Part shown: positions 15,844-28,028 of the stretch, piece after piece
Layout of the letters: each line of letters starts with the position of its first letter
Numbering within the stretch: the stretch's first letter is position 1
Assembly (NCBI GenBank): GCA_963755025.1
Contig: CAVWIH010000032.1
Location: 1 to 58,563 of the forward strand
Origin: an uncultured Actinomycetes bacterium
Lineage (GTDB): Bacteria; Actinomycetota; Thermoleophilia; UBA2241
Length of the DNA: 58,563 bases
Direction: 5' to 3'
Made by a program: the position numbers and the translations under genes
Notes under the pieces: model-generated
Told to the model about the DNA's origin: nothing
Databases searched by the model: none
Seen by the model: only the letters and a program-made list of their open reading frames with translations

Positions 15844-17451
15844 GCGACTCCGTCGCCGACGGCCGCGACGCGGGCGCGGCGGCTTTCGCGCCCGACGCCG
15901 CGCTCTCGCCCGCGGGCCACACCTATCGCCCGGTCGTGCTGGCCATCCTCGACGGCTGGGGAGTGGCCGCGCCCGGTTCGGGCAACGCGGTCGACCTGGC
16001 CGACACGCCCACCTTCGACCACCTCTGGGCGGGCTACGCCCACGGCACCCTCGAGCGCGTCCGGCCTGGCCGTCGGCCTGCCGCCCGGCCAGATGGGCAA
16101 CTCCGAGGTCGGGCACCTGAACATGGGCGCCGGGCGGGTCGTCTACCAGGACCTCACGCGCATCACCAAGGCGGTCGACGACGGCGACTTCTTCACCAAC
16201 CCTGTGCTCAAGCAGGCCTTCGCCACGGCCCGCGAGCGCCGCTCCACGTTCCACCTCATGGGCCTCGTCTCGGACGGCGGGGTGCACTCCGACATGGGCC
16301 ACCTCAAGGCCTGCCTCGACATGGCCGGCCGCGAAGGCGTGAGCGACGTCGTCGTGCACGCCTTCCTCGACGGCCGCGACACGCCGCCCGACTCGTCGCC
16401 GCGCTTTCTCGCCGACATCGAGCAGCACATGGTCACGACCGGCGTGGGCCGCTACGGCACCGTCTGCGGACGCTACTACGCCATGGACCGCGACAACCGC
16501 TGGGATCGCGTGGCGCGCGCCTACGGGGCGCTCGTCTACGGCGCCGGCCTCACGGCGCTCGACGCCCAGAGCGCCGTGGCCGCCGCCGCGGCTCGCGGCG
16601 AGACCGATGAGTTCGTGCAGCCCACCGTGATCGGCGACCCCGCCGAGCACCGCGTGCGCGACGGCGACGTCTGCCTGTTCTTCAACTTCCGGCCCGACCG
16701 CGGTCGCGAGCTCACGCGCGCCTTCTTCGACGAGTCGTTCACCGAGTTCGACCGCGGCCCGCGTCCGCCGCGCGTCGTCTTCACGACGATGACCCGGTAC
16801 AAGAAGGAGTTCCCGGTGCCGGTGGCCTTCGAGCCCACGGCCGTGACGCATGTGCTCGCCGAGGTGCTCGCCGAGCACGGCCTGCGCCAGCTGCACATCG
16901 CCGAGACCGAGAAGTACGCCCACGTGACGTTCTTCTTCAACGGCGGCGTCGAGCGCGCCGTCGAGGGCGAGCGCCGCGTCCTGGTGCCCAGCCCGCGCGA
17001 CGTGCCCACCTACGACAAGAAGCCCCAGATGAGCGCGGCGGAGGTGACCGACAAGCTGCTCGCCGAGCTCGCGGCCGGCGACCTCGACTTCGTCGTGGTG
17101 AACTACGCGAACGCCGACATGGTGGGCCACTCGGGCGTGCTCGAGGCGGCCGTCCGCGCCGTGGAGACCGTCGACGCCTGCCTCGGGCGCCTCGTGCCGG
17201 CGGTGCTGGCGCAGGGCGGCGCCTGCCTGATCACGGCCGACCACGGCAACTCCGACCACATGGTCGAGCCCGACGGCGCCCCCAACACGGCGCACAGCAC
17301 GAACCCCGTGCCCTTCCTGGCCACGGTGGCCGGCGCGACGGTGCGCGCCGGCGGCGTGCTGGCCGACATCGCCCCTACCGTCCTCGACCTTCTGGGCGTG
17401 CCGGCGCCGCCCGAGATGACCGGCCACGACCTGCTCGTCCGCGAAGGGTGA
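15840..17451 (+). CDS. gpmI: 2,3-bisphosphoglycerate-independent phosphoglycerate mutase (one extra base near 16056)
   Basis: ILDGWG, MGNSEVGH, DGGVHS, LDGRDT, GRYYAMDRD, AETEKYAHVT, ADHGN. Confidence 0.95.
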
Positions 17452-17542
17452 ACCGCGTGCCCGCCGCGGACCGCGGGGCTGAGATGCCGCGTGCCCGCCG
17501 CGGCCCGCGAGGGCGGCGGGCGTTTATAAAAGTCCCCGCGTG

Positions 17543-17571
17543 TTGCATAGACGTTTCGGGATTATTATTGT
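17543..17571 (+). promoter_or_regulatory. Sigma70-type promoter for secG
   Basis: TTGCAT-17 nt-TATTGT in an AT-rich patch. Confidence 0.5.
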
Positions 17572-17623
17572 GGGGTCAGTAGCGGCACGGCTTACGGCCG
17601 GTGATCACGAAGGAGTCCCTCTG

Positions 17624-17842
17624 GTGCTGAACGCGTTCCTCATCGCTTTGCAGCTCGTCGTCTGCATCCTGCTGATTGTGCTTGTCCTCCTGCACTCCGG
17701 CAAAGACGCCGGCATGAGCAGCGTGACCGGCTTCTCGTTCGCCGCCCAGGCGAGCGTCATGGAGCGCAACCTCACGCGCTACACGATCATCGCCGCAGTC
17801 GTCCTGTTCATCAACACCTTCATACTCATCTGGCGCCTGTAA
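17624..17842 (+). CDS. secG: Preprotein translocase subunit SecG
   Basis: AAGGAG SD; two TM helices, LVLLHSGKDAGMSS and MERNLTRYT; follows the glycolytic operon. Confidence 0.92.
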   Translation: MLNAFLIALQLVVCILLIVLVLLHSGKDAGMSSVTGFSFAAQASVMERNLTRYTIIAAVVLFINTFILIWRL

Positions 17843-17896
17843 AAGCGCCGCAAAACCACTAGTTTCCCGGGTCTGCTGGGCGGGCCGGAAAGGACG

Positions 17897-18059
17897 TGGT
17901 AAGGTGGCGGCGAAGTACTCAGGCGCAAGCGCACGCTGTCCCGTACTGAAAGGGTGAAAGGGGGTCGGGTCTATCGGCGGACGTGCGGGGGCGGGCCATC
18001 GGCGACGGGGTCGCACACGGTCCGTAGTTGGGAGCCCGTACAGGGTCGTCCCGTTTTTT
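17897..18059 (+). promoter_or_regulatory. Long structured 5' leader of oppA ending in a terminator-like hairpin (candidate attenuator, class unknown)
   Basis: TGgTAAGGT -10 at 17897-905; stem CGGACGTGCG(17978-87)/CGCAC..GTCCG(18012-24); hairpin GGGAGCCC-GTACA-GGGT-CG-TCCC then G+T6 (18030-59). Confidence 0.4.
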
Positions 18060-18082
18060 CCGTGTAATCAAAGGAGGTCACC

Positions 18083-19760
18083 TTGAAGAACCTCAGGATG
18101 AGGTCACGGGGGGCGCTCATCGCAGGCTTGTTGCTGATAGCGCTCGCCCTCGTCCTGGCTGCCTGCGGCAGTAGCAGTAACAACCAGGGAAGCAGCACCA
18201 CGACGAACGCCACGCCCAAGCCGGGCGGCACCTACAACTATCCCCTCGACGGCGAGCCGGTCGGCATCGCTCCCAACACCTATCAGGAGAGCATCGGCTA
18301 CAACGTCGTGCGCCAGATCTTCGAGGGCCTGATGAAGTATCAGGTCGCCTCCGACGGCACCACCATGAACACGGTGCCCGACCTCACCACCGGTCCTCCC
18401 AAGGTGAGCTCCGACGCCAAGGTCTTCACCTTCACCATCCGCCAGGGCGTCTACTTCCAGCCGCCGGTGAACACCGAGGTCACCGCAGCCGACTTCGTGG
18501 CCAGCTGGAACGCCGTGGCCAACCCCAAGAACTGGGTCACCGGCACGCCGGCCTACATCCTCGAGCCCATCGTCGGCACCGACGAGACCGGCGCGGCCAA
18601 GAACGGCCTCACCGGCGTCAAGGCGATCGGCAAATGGACCCTCCAGGTCACCCTCAAGTACCCGTTCGCCGAGTTCCCGGCCAGCCTCGGCCATCCGATC
18701 CTGTCGGTGTGGCCCGTCGCCTACGCCATGAAGGAAGGGCTCAAGACCTTCGACCAGCAGCCCGTCGGCACCGGTCCCTATATCCTGCTCGAAGTGGGTG
18801 CACAACCAGGAGGTCGACCTCACCAAGAACCCGCACTGGTGGAACGCCAGCGCGACCAACGGTCCGTTCGTCGACTCCATCCACATGCCCGAGTTCACCG
18901 ATCCCTCGACCGAGTGGCTCGCCTTCCAGGCCGGCAACATCGACTTCACGTCGGTGCCTGTCGGGCAGGTGCAGTCGTCCGAGAACCTCGCCGCTCAGAA
19001 GGGCTGGGTCGCCAAGAAGTGGCCCAACCTGGGCATCTACTTCCTCGGCATCAACCAGAAGGACCCGGTCCTCGGCGGCGCCAAGAACCTGCCGCTGCGG
19101 CAAGCCCTGTCGTACTCGGTCGACCGTAACGCCGTCATCAACACGGTCGAAGAAGGCGTGCCGCTCGTGCCCAACGGCGTCGTGCCGATCGGCATCCCGG
19201 GCAGCAACCTGTCGACACTGCCGTACCCGTACAACCCGGCGAAGGCCAAGCAGATCGTCCAGTCGCTGGGCACTGTCCCTACGCTGAAACTCTGGTACAA
19301 CACCGGCGCCAACCACGACAAGATCCTCGCTCCGGTGCAGGCCGGCTGGCAGGCCATCGGCCTCCACGTCACCCTGACCGGCTACGAGTGGGGCACCTAC
19401 CTCACGAAGTGCGCGCAGGGCACGCAGGACCAGATCTATCGGCTCGGCTGGTTGGCCGACTATCCGTCGATGGACGACTTCCTGTACCCGCTCTTCCAGA
19501 GCAGCGTCTCCGGCGCGAACACGTTCACGTTCTACTCCAACCCGACGGTCGACAAGCTGCTCGCCACCGCGCGCGGCACCATCGACCAGACGCAGCGGCT
19601 GCAGATCTACGCTCAGGCCGAAAAGCAGATCCTGGCCGACGCGCCCGTCATCCCGCTGTACTTCTATCGGGACTATCGCATCATGGACAAGCGCGTCCTC
19701 GGGCAGCAGCACGACCCGATGGGCAGCGAAGACATGAACCTGGTGTGGGTCGCTCAGTGA
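18083..19760 (+). CDS. oppA: Oligopeptide ABC transporter substrate-binding lipoprotein (extra base near 18787)
   Basis: AAGGAGG SD + TTG; lipobox LAAC; family-5 SBP motifs FEGL, FTFTIRQGV, PVGTGPY, LRQALSYSVDR, GWLADYP. Confidence 0.9.
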
Positions 19761-19823
19761 CCATCTGATTCACGCCAGATGCAGCTTGTTCGCGGTACAC
19801 TGAACCGCGTACACTGCGAGGGA

Positions 19824-19858
19824 GCGGCGTGCCGGCGCTTCAAGCGCCGGCACGCCGC
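19824..19858 (+). terminator. Intercistronic perfect inverted repeat after oppA
   Basis: GCGGCGTGCCGGCGCTT-C-AAGCGCCGGCACGCCGC; typical stabiliser or attenuator after a binding-protein gene. Confidence 0.7.
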
Positions 19859-19941
19859 CTTCAACAAGGTCGCCCGCGGCTTCAGCGCCGCGCCACGGCC
19901 CGCGGAGTCCGCAAGGTAAGCGACAGGAAGGCCGATAGGAC

Positions 19942-20898
19942 GTGTTCGGCTACATCGCCAGGCGCCTCGTGCAGCTCGTGTTCGTGTTGATCGGTGTCAG
20001 CATCATCACGTTCCTGATCATGTTCCTGATCCCGGGCGATCCCGCCTACCTGCTCGCCGGCAAGAACGCCTCGCCGGCCCGCGTCGCCGAGATCCGCGTC
20101 GAACTGGGGCTCAACAAGCCCATCTACGTGCAATACGGCCGCTTCGTCGACCGCATCGCGCACGGCAACCTAGGCGAGTCGTACCAGTTCGAGCGCCCCG
20201 TCCGCCAGATGCTGCAGGGCGCCATCCCCAACACTGCCCAGCTGGCCATCGCGGCGGTGCTCATCGAATTGCTCGGGATACCGTTGGGGGTCTACTCCGC
20301 GCTGCGCCAGTACACGGTCTGGGACAGCGCGCTCACCACCATGGCGCTGATCATCTGGGGCATCCCGGTGTTCGTGCTCGCCGTGTTCATGCAGTACGTC
20401 TTCGGCGTCTACCTGGGGATCCTGCCGTTCTACGGCAACGGCGGCAGCACCATCCTCAAGGTGATCCCCGCCGACTGGAACAACCTTTCGCACCTGATCC
20501 TGCCGGCGGTCACGCTCGGCATTATCGAGGTCGCCTACATCTCCTACATGCAGCGCGCCTCGATGCTCGAGGTCATCCGCTCCGACTACGTGCGCACGGC
20601 GCGCGCCAAGGGCCTGCCCGAGCGCTCGGTCATTCTCAAGCACAGTCTCAAGAACGCGCTCATCCCCGTCATGACCATCGCCGGCATCGACCTCGGCGCC
20701 CTGCTGGGTGGCGCCATCCTCACCGAGACCGTCTTCTCGCGGTATGGCGTGGGCCTGATGGTCTACAACGCCATCAACGCGCGCGACCTGCCGGTGGTGG
20801 TGGGCGGCGTGCTGTTCGCCACGTTCGTCTACGTCATCGCCAACCTGGTGGTCGACGTCGCCTACGCCTACGTCGACCCGCGCATCCGCTATGAGTAG
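19942..20898 (+). CDS. oppB: Oligopeptide ABC permease
   Basis: PGDPA, GNLGES, DYVRTARAKGL (EAA), ETVFS, DPRIR. Confidence 0.93.
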   Translation: MFGYIARRLVQLVFVLIGVSIITFLIMFLIPGDPAYLLAGKNASPARVAEIRVELGLNKPIYVQYGRFVDRIAHGNLGESYQFERPVRQMLQGAIPNTAQLAIAAVLIELLGIPLGVYSALRQYTVWDSALTTMALIIWGIPVFVLAVFMQYVFGVYLGILPFYGNGGSTILKVIPADWNNLSHLILPAVTLGIIEVAYISYMQRASMLEVIRSDYVRTARAKGLPERSVILKHSLKNALIPVMTIAGIDLGALLGGAILTETVFSRYGVGLMVYNAINARDLPVVVGGVLFATFVYVIANLVVDVAYAYVDPRIRYE

Positions 20899-20904
20899 TC
20901 GCGC

Positions 20905-21873
20905 ATGACCGACACCGAATCCGCGGCCTCCTTCGCCGAGCCGCAGCTCGACTCGCCCATGCCGGTCGGCTCCGAGAACCGGCCCGTCTCGGCACGGCCG
21001 CTCGGCCTGTGGGCCGACACCTGGCGGCGCCTGCGGCGCAACAAGCTGGCCCTCGTCGGCCTCTGCATCATCGTCGTCTTTCTCTTCGTCGGCATCGCCC
21101 AGATCTTCGCCGGCGTGACCGGCATCCACGGCGGCTACCTGGCGCCCTACAACCCCAACGCGGTCGACTACAGCATCGCCAAGCAGGCGCCCTCGCTCTC
21201 GCACCCCTTCGGCACCGACTACATCGGCCGCGACGTCTTTTCGCGCACCCTGGTGGCCACCCGTATCTCGCTGCTCGTGGGCGTGATCGCCGTCAGCATC
21301 GCGCTGGCGCTCGGTCTCGCGTTGGGGCCGCTGTCGGGATACTACGGCGGCGCCATCGACTCGGTGATCATGCGGGTCGCCGACGTCTTCTTCGCCTTTC
21401 CCTACATCCTCTTCGTGCTGCTGCTGGTCGTCGTCCTGGGGCCGGGCTTCAGGAATGTGTTCATCGCCATCGGTCTGCTCTCATGGGCGTCGTACGCGCG
21501 CATCGTGCGCGGTACCGTGCTCTCGGTGAAGACCATGGAGTACATCGAAGCCGCCAAGGCGGCCGGCGCCAGCGACCTGCGCATCATCTTCGGCCACGTG
21601 CTGCCCAACAGCATGGCGCCGGTGTACGTCTCGATCGCCATGGGCATCGGCGGCGCCATCGTCACCGAGGCGGCGCTCTCGTTCCTGGGCCTGGGCGTGC
21701 AGCCGCCCACCGCGAGCTGGGGCAACATGATCTCCGACTACCTGAACTACCTGCAGGCGGGCCAGTGGTGGATGGAGCTGTTCCCCTGCCTCGCCCTCGT
21801 GATCACGGTGTTCGGCTTCATCTCGTTCGGCAACGGCCTGCGCGACGCGACCGACCCCAAGCTCAAGGAATAG
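20905..21873 (+). CDS. oppC: Oligopeptide ABC permease
   Basis: HPFGTDYIGRD, EYIEAAKAAGA, HVLPN, LSFLGLG, GLRDATDP. Confidence 0.93.
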   Translation: MTDTESAASFAEPQLDSPMPVGSENRPVSARPLGLWADTWRRLRRNKLALVGLCIIVVFLFVGIAQIFAGVTGIHGGYLAPYNPNAVDYSIAKQAPSLSHPFGTDYIGRDVFSRTLVATRISLLVGVIAVSIALALGLALGPLSGYYGGAIDSVIMRVADVFFAFPYILFVLLLVVVLGPGFRNVFIAIGLLSWASYARIVRGTVLSVKTMEYIEAAKAAGASDLRIIFGHVLPNSMAPVYVSIAMGIGGAIVTEAALSFLGLGVQPPTASWGNMISDYLNYLQAGQWWMELFPCLALVITVFGFISFGNGLRDATDPKLKE

Positions 21874-21875
21874 GC

Positions 21876-22900
21876 ATGACCGAACGCCTCCTCGAAGTCA
21901 CCGACCTGTCGACGCACTTCTTCACGCATGCCGGCGTCGTCAAGGCCGTGAACGGCGTGAGCTTCACGCTCGACCGCGACGAGACCCTCGGCATCGTCGG
22001 CGAGTCCGGTTCGGGCAAGACGGTCACCGCCATGTCGCTCATGCGGCTCATCCCCGACCCGCCCGGGCGCATCGTCGGTGGCAGCATCGTGCATAAGGGG
22101 CGCGACCTGCTGGCCGTCTCCAAAGAAGAGATGAGCGACATCCGCGGCAACGACATCGCGATGATCTTCCAGGACCCCATGACCAGCCTGAACCCCGTGT
22201 TCAAGGTCGGCGACCAGATCGCCGAGGTCATCCGCCGCCATCAGGGCAAGTCCAAGCGCGAGTCGTGGAAGATGGCCATCGAACTGCTCGCCAAGGTCGG
22301 CATCCCCGACCCCGACAAGCGCGCCGACCAGTACCCCTTCGAGTTCTCCGGCGGCATGCGCCAGCGCGGCATGATCGCCATGGCGATCTCGTGCAACCCC
22401 GACATCCTCGTGGCCGACGAGCCCACCACGGCGCTCGACGTCACCATCCAGGCGCAGATCATGGACGTCATCCGCGAGATGCAGCACGCCTACCACACCG
22501 GCGTCATCATGATCACGCACGATCTCGGCGTGGTCGCCCAGATGGCCGACAAGGTCATGGTCATGTACGGCGGCCGCACCCTCGAAGACGGGCCCGTCGA
22601 CGAGGTCTACTACAACCCGCATCAGCCTTACACCTGGGGCCTGCTGGGCTCGCTGCCGCGCCTCGACGAGACCCAAAAGCAGCGGCTCACCCCCATCGAA
22701 GGCCAGCCTCCCAACCTGCTGCTGCTGCCCGACGGCTGCCCGTTCTCGGGGCGCTGCCCGTACGAGCTGCCCGTGTGCGCCGGCGAGTTCCCGCCGCTCG
22801 AGATGGTCGGGCCCGGTCACGGCGTGCACTGCTGGATCCCCGTCGCCGAGCGCTACACGATCCGCGCCGGCCTGCCGCGCTTTCGCGACAAGGCGGCCTC

Positions 22901-22904
<4 letters not shown>
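21876..22904 (+). CDS. oppD: Oligopeptide ABC ATPase
   Basis: [34 protein letters not shown], Cys-rich oligo_HPY C-terminus. Confidence 0.94.
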
Positions 22905-23909
<1,005 letters not shown>

Positions 23910-23917
<8 letters not shown>

Positions 23918-24983
23918 CGACCCTCACTCGCCTCTCATGAGCCGCGACACCCGTAGCTTGTCTGCTCCGTCAGTGGCCGACCGGGCCCGGCGCTCAGCCG
24001 CGTCCCCGCGGCCGCGCTCCGTTCGGCCGGCGATCGTGACCGCTCTCGTCGCCGCCGCGCTCCTCGCCGTGCTGGTCGCGGCGGGCTGCGGCGGCGCGGC
24101 CCAGCCCACGGCTTCCCCGACCGCCGGCCAGAGCGCCGGCTCGACTGCGGCCTCCGCCAGCCCCGACCAGGGCGTGGTCGCGGCCCGCGTCGACGGCGAG
24201 GCCGTCTACCAGTCCGAAGTCGAACGCACGCTGGGGTTCTCGCGGCTTTCGTCGAAGGCGCTGACCTACAAGCAGGCGCTCGAAGCCACCGTGCGCACCC
24301 ATCTCCTGCGTCGCGAAGCGGCGCGCCTGGGCGTGACCGTCGCCGACTCGCAGGTCGAGGCGCGCCTCACCCAGGTCGCCACGAGCCTCGGCGGCACGGC
24401 CGCCCTGCAGCAGTCGCTGCTGGCCGTGGGTCTGACCCTCAGCGACTATCGCGCCGAGCTGCACGACGGCCTGATCTCCGAACAGCTCGGGGCGCGCAAG
24501 TTCCCCGGGGCCGTGCCCGACAGCGCGCAGGTCCTCGCCTTCTACAAGGCGCACCTCGGGCAGCTGACCACACCCGCCGCCGTCAAGCTCGCCGAGATCG
24601 TCGTCAAGACGCGGGGGCTCGGCCAGGCCGTCATCGACCGCCTGCGCCAGGGCTACCCGTTCTCCGAAGTCTCGCGCGCCTACTCCATGGACCCCGAGTC
24701 CGATTCGGGCGGCGTGATCGGCTGGGTGAACACCTCGTCGCTGCCGCCGGCCCTCTCCCGGGCGCTCGCCAAGGCTCCCAAGGGGGTCGTTGTCGGCCCC
24801 GTCCAGGCGGTCGGCGGCTGGCACGTGCTCAAGCTCCTCGGCCGTCGCGCCGCGTCGGTGCAGCCGCTCTCCTCCGCGCGGCCCGCCATCGTCGCGCAGC
24901 TCTCCTCGCAGCGCCGCGCGGCGCTGCTCGAGGCCTGGCTCGTCAAGGCGCGCGCCACGGCGCACGTGCAGATCGGTTCGTAG
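23910..24983 (+). CDS. PrsA/SurA-like parvulin peptidyl-prolyl isomerase lipoprotein (start may be ATG 23937)
   Basis: Hydrophobic stretch and lipobox AAGC; SurA-like N-domain; parvulin motifs [20 protein letters not shown]...GWHVLK. Confidence 0.8.
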
Positions 24984-25056
24984 GTCCCGGCGCGGCCGGG
25001 TCGGGCCGCGCTATACTGCGGGCGACCGAAAGTAGCGTCGCTCCCGGAGCCGCGCC

Positions 25057-25404
25057 ATGAAGAACATCCTCACCGTGCTGCTGGTCGTCGCCGTGGTCGT
25101 GCTCGTCGTGGGCGCCGCCAGCCACGGCGCGCACGCCGACGTGAGCTACCTGGCCGGCACCTGGCACCACGCTTCGCTCCTGGCGGTGGCCGCCATCGTG
25201 GCGGCGCTGCTGGTGGCGGTCGGTGTGTTCGCGGCCCTCGCCGCCGACCTGCACTGCGCGCGCATCCGCAAGACCCTCGAAGACGAGCTGCAGCGCACCT
25301 ACGTGCGGCTGCGCGCCGCCGAGGCGGCGGCGCCGGCCCCGACGTCTGCCACGCTCGCCGTGCCCACGCCGGGCGGCGGCGGCCCGGCCGACGAGCGCCC
25401 ATAG
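25057..25404 (+). CDS. Small two-TM membrane protein with coiled-coil tail (LapA-like, uncertain)
   Basis: GGAG SD; two hydrophobic segments followed by RIRKTLEDELQR; high GC3. Confidence 0.6.
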   Translation: MKNILTVLLVVAVVVLVVGAASHGAHADVSYLAGTWHHASLLAVAAIVAALLVAVGVFAALAADLHCARIRKTLEDELQRTYVRLRAAEAAAPAPTSATLAVPTPGGGGPADERP

Positions 25405-25454
25405 ACGCGCGCCCGTCCACGTCGTTCAGTCCGCGCCGCCTGTAGACTGCGGCT

Positions 25455-28028
25455 ATGGCGAGAGAACAGACCTGGAAGATCGCGCCGGTCGACCTGCGGG
25501 TCGCGGCCGCCCTGGCCGACGAGCTGCCCATCGGCCGGCTTGCCGCCGAGATCCTCGCGCGGCGCGGCTTCACCGACCCAGACGTCGCCCGCGACTTCCT
25601 GCACCCCGACTTTCGCGTGCATAGCCCGTACCTGCTCGACGGCATGGCCGACGCCCGCAAGCGCATCGACCGCGCCCTGGGCAGCGGCGAGACGATCGCC
25701 GTCTACGGCGACTACGACGCCGACGGCATCACCGCCACCTTCCTGCTGGCCGAGTTCCTGCGCGCCCAGATGGGCGCCGAGGTGCTCTGGCGCCTGCCCA
25801 ACCGCTTCACGGAGGGGTACGGCATCGCCGCCGAGGCGCTCGACGAGCTCGCCGCCGCCGGCGCCGGCCTCGTCATAACGGTCGACTGCGGGATCGGCGC
25901 GCACGCCGAGGTCGAGCACGCCCGCGAGCTCGGCCTCGACGTGATCGTCACCGACCACCACGAACCCATCGGGCAGCTGCCCGACTGCATCGTCATCAAC
26001 CCCAAGCTGGGGCGCTACCCGTTCCCTCACCTGGCCGGCGTGGGCGTGGCGCTCAAGCTGGCTCACGCGCTGCTCGAAGACCGGCGCGACGACCGCGTCG
26101 AGCTGCCCCTGGCGCTGCGCCCGTACCTCGACGTGGTCGCGGTGGGCACCGTGGCCGACGTCGTGCCCCTGCTCGACGAGAACCGCAGCCTGGCGGCCAT
26201 GGGCATCGGCCGCCTGCGCAGCGCGCCGCGGCCCGGCTTGGCCGCCCTGCTCGAGGTCAGCGAGACGCGCCCCGACGACGTCGACGCCTCGACCATCGGC
26301 TTTCGCCTGGCGCCCCGCCTGAACGCCGCGGGGCGCCTCGAAGACGCCTCGCAGGTCGTCGAGCTGCTCGGCGCGCCCGACCGCGCCGCGGCGCTGCCGC
26401 TGGCCCAGCGCCTCGGCGCGCTCAACGCCGAGCGCCAGGAGATCGAGGCGGTGATCCTGCGCGAGGCGCTCGACCGCCTGCCCGACAAGCTGCCGGCGGC
26501 GGTCGTCATGTCGTCGCCCGACTGGCACGCCGGCGTGATCGGCATCGTCGCCTCGCGCGTCGTCGAGCAGACCGGCCGCCCGACCATCCTGTTGAGCGAG
26601 ACCGACGGCGTGGCCAAGGGCTCGGGCCGCAGCATCCCGGCCTTCGACCTGCTGGCCGGCGTGGCGGCCTGCTCGGAGCGGCTGCTGGGCTACGGCGGGC
26701 ATCGCGCGGCCTGCGGCCTCAGCCTGCCGGCCGGCGACGTCGCGAGCTTCGCCAAGGCGCTCGCCGGCTACGCCGGCGAGCGCCTCACCGACGACGACTT
26801 TCGCAGCGTCACCAAGGTCGAAGCCGTGGCCGCCGGCGACGAGCTCACCCTGGGGCTCACCGACGACCTCGACCTCTTCGCGCCCCACGGCCTGGGCAAC
26901 CCGCGGCCCCTGCTGCTGCTCCACGGCGCCCAGATCGGCTCGTGCCGGCTCACGCGCAACGGGCGCCACCTGCAGTGCGACGTGCGCCTCGACGGCGTCT
27001 CGGCGCCCGGCGTGCGCTTTGGCTTCTCGGCGCTCTCCGAGATCAAGCCGGGGGCGCGCTACGACGTGCCGGTGGCCTACACCAAGAACTCGTTCAACGG
27101 CATGGTGCGGCCGCAGGCGCAGGTCAAGGGCGCCTTCGAGCTGCTGCGCCCCGCCGACGATCTGTGCGAGACCGACTGCGGCCCGGCCTGCCCGGAGTGG
27201 GTCACGGGCGACGAGCTCCTCGAAGCCCTCGCCGACAGCGAGCTGCCCGGCGGGGCCGGGGCCGATGGGGCGGCGGCGGCGATCGCCGCTCTGCGGCGCG
27301 AGCACCGCCTCTTCGATCGCCGCCGCCGCCCCCTCGGCGCCACGCTCACGTCGCTCGTCGCGGCGGGGGGAGGCTGCTCGTGCTGGTGGCCGACGTCGCC
27401 CGCCGCCGGCCGCTGCTCAGCCGCGACGCCTGCCTGTCGCAGCTCGGGCGCTCGTACCTGTACCTGCACGGTGCCTGCGTGCCGTCGCGCCTCGGCCTCG
27501 CCGTGTGCGGCGACGGCGGGGGAGACGAGCCCGACGTCGTCATGGCCGACGTCGTCGTCGCCGCCGCCAACCCCGAGCTCGTCGGCGCCTTCGACCACGT
27601 CGCCTTCGTCGACCCGCCCTTCGACGGCGGGCTGTTCGGCGCCATCCTCGCCGGGGTGGCTCCCGCCGCCTGCGTTTCCGTGCTCTGGGGCGAGAGTGAG
27701 GTAGACTTCACGAAGGCCGTCGTGGCCGAGACCTACGACCTCGCCGCAGCCTGTCGCGTGCTCTACAGGGCGCTGGCGGCGGGCGGCGACTCGAGACGCG
27801 CTGCTCGCCGGGCTGCTCGCACACGAGCGCCTGGCCGGCCTTCCCGTGGTGGCAGCCGCCTGGAACACGCTCTCCGAGGCCGGTTTGCTGGCCGACCACG
27901 AAGGCAAGAAGGGAGTCAACAAGGCGGAGGGCAAGATCGACCTCGCCACGTCCGCCACGTATCGCCGATGGCACGAACGATTCCACACGACGACGTTCCT
28001 CAGGCAGTGCCTGAACATCCGGCTCTAG
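25455..28028 (+). CDS. recJ: ssDNA exonuclease RecJ with long C-terminal extension (indels near 27368 and 27795)
   Basis: GDYDADG, TVDCG, TDHH, GTVADVVPL, PRLNAAGR, GSGRS, GGH; TAGACT 6 nt before ATG suggests a leaderless transcript. Confidence 0.9.

Noticed and set aside
17843-18082. tRNA, tmRNA or SRP RNA after secG
   Set aside because: No cloverleaf, T-arm GTTCRA, CCA end or SRP motif seen.
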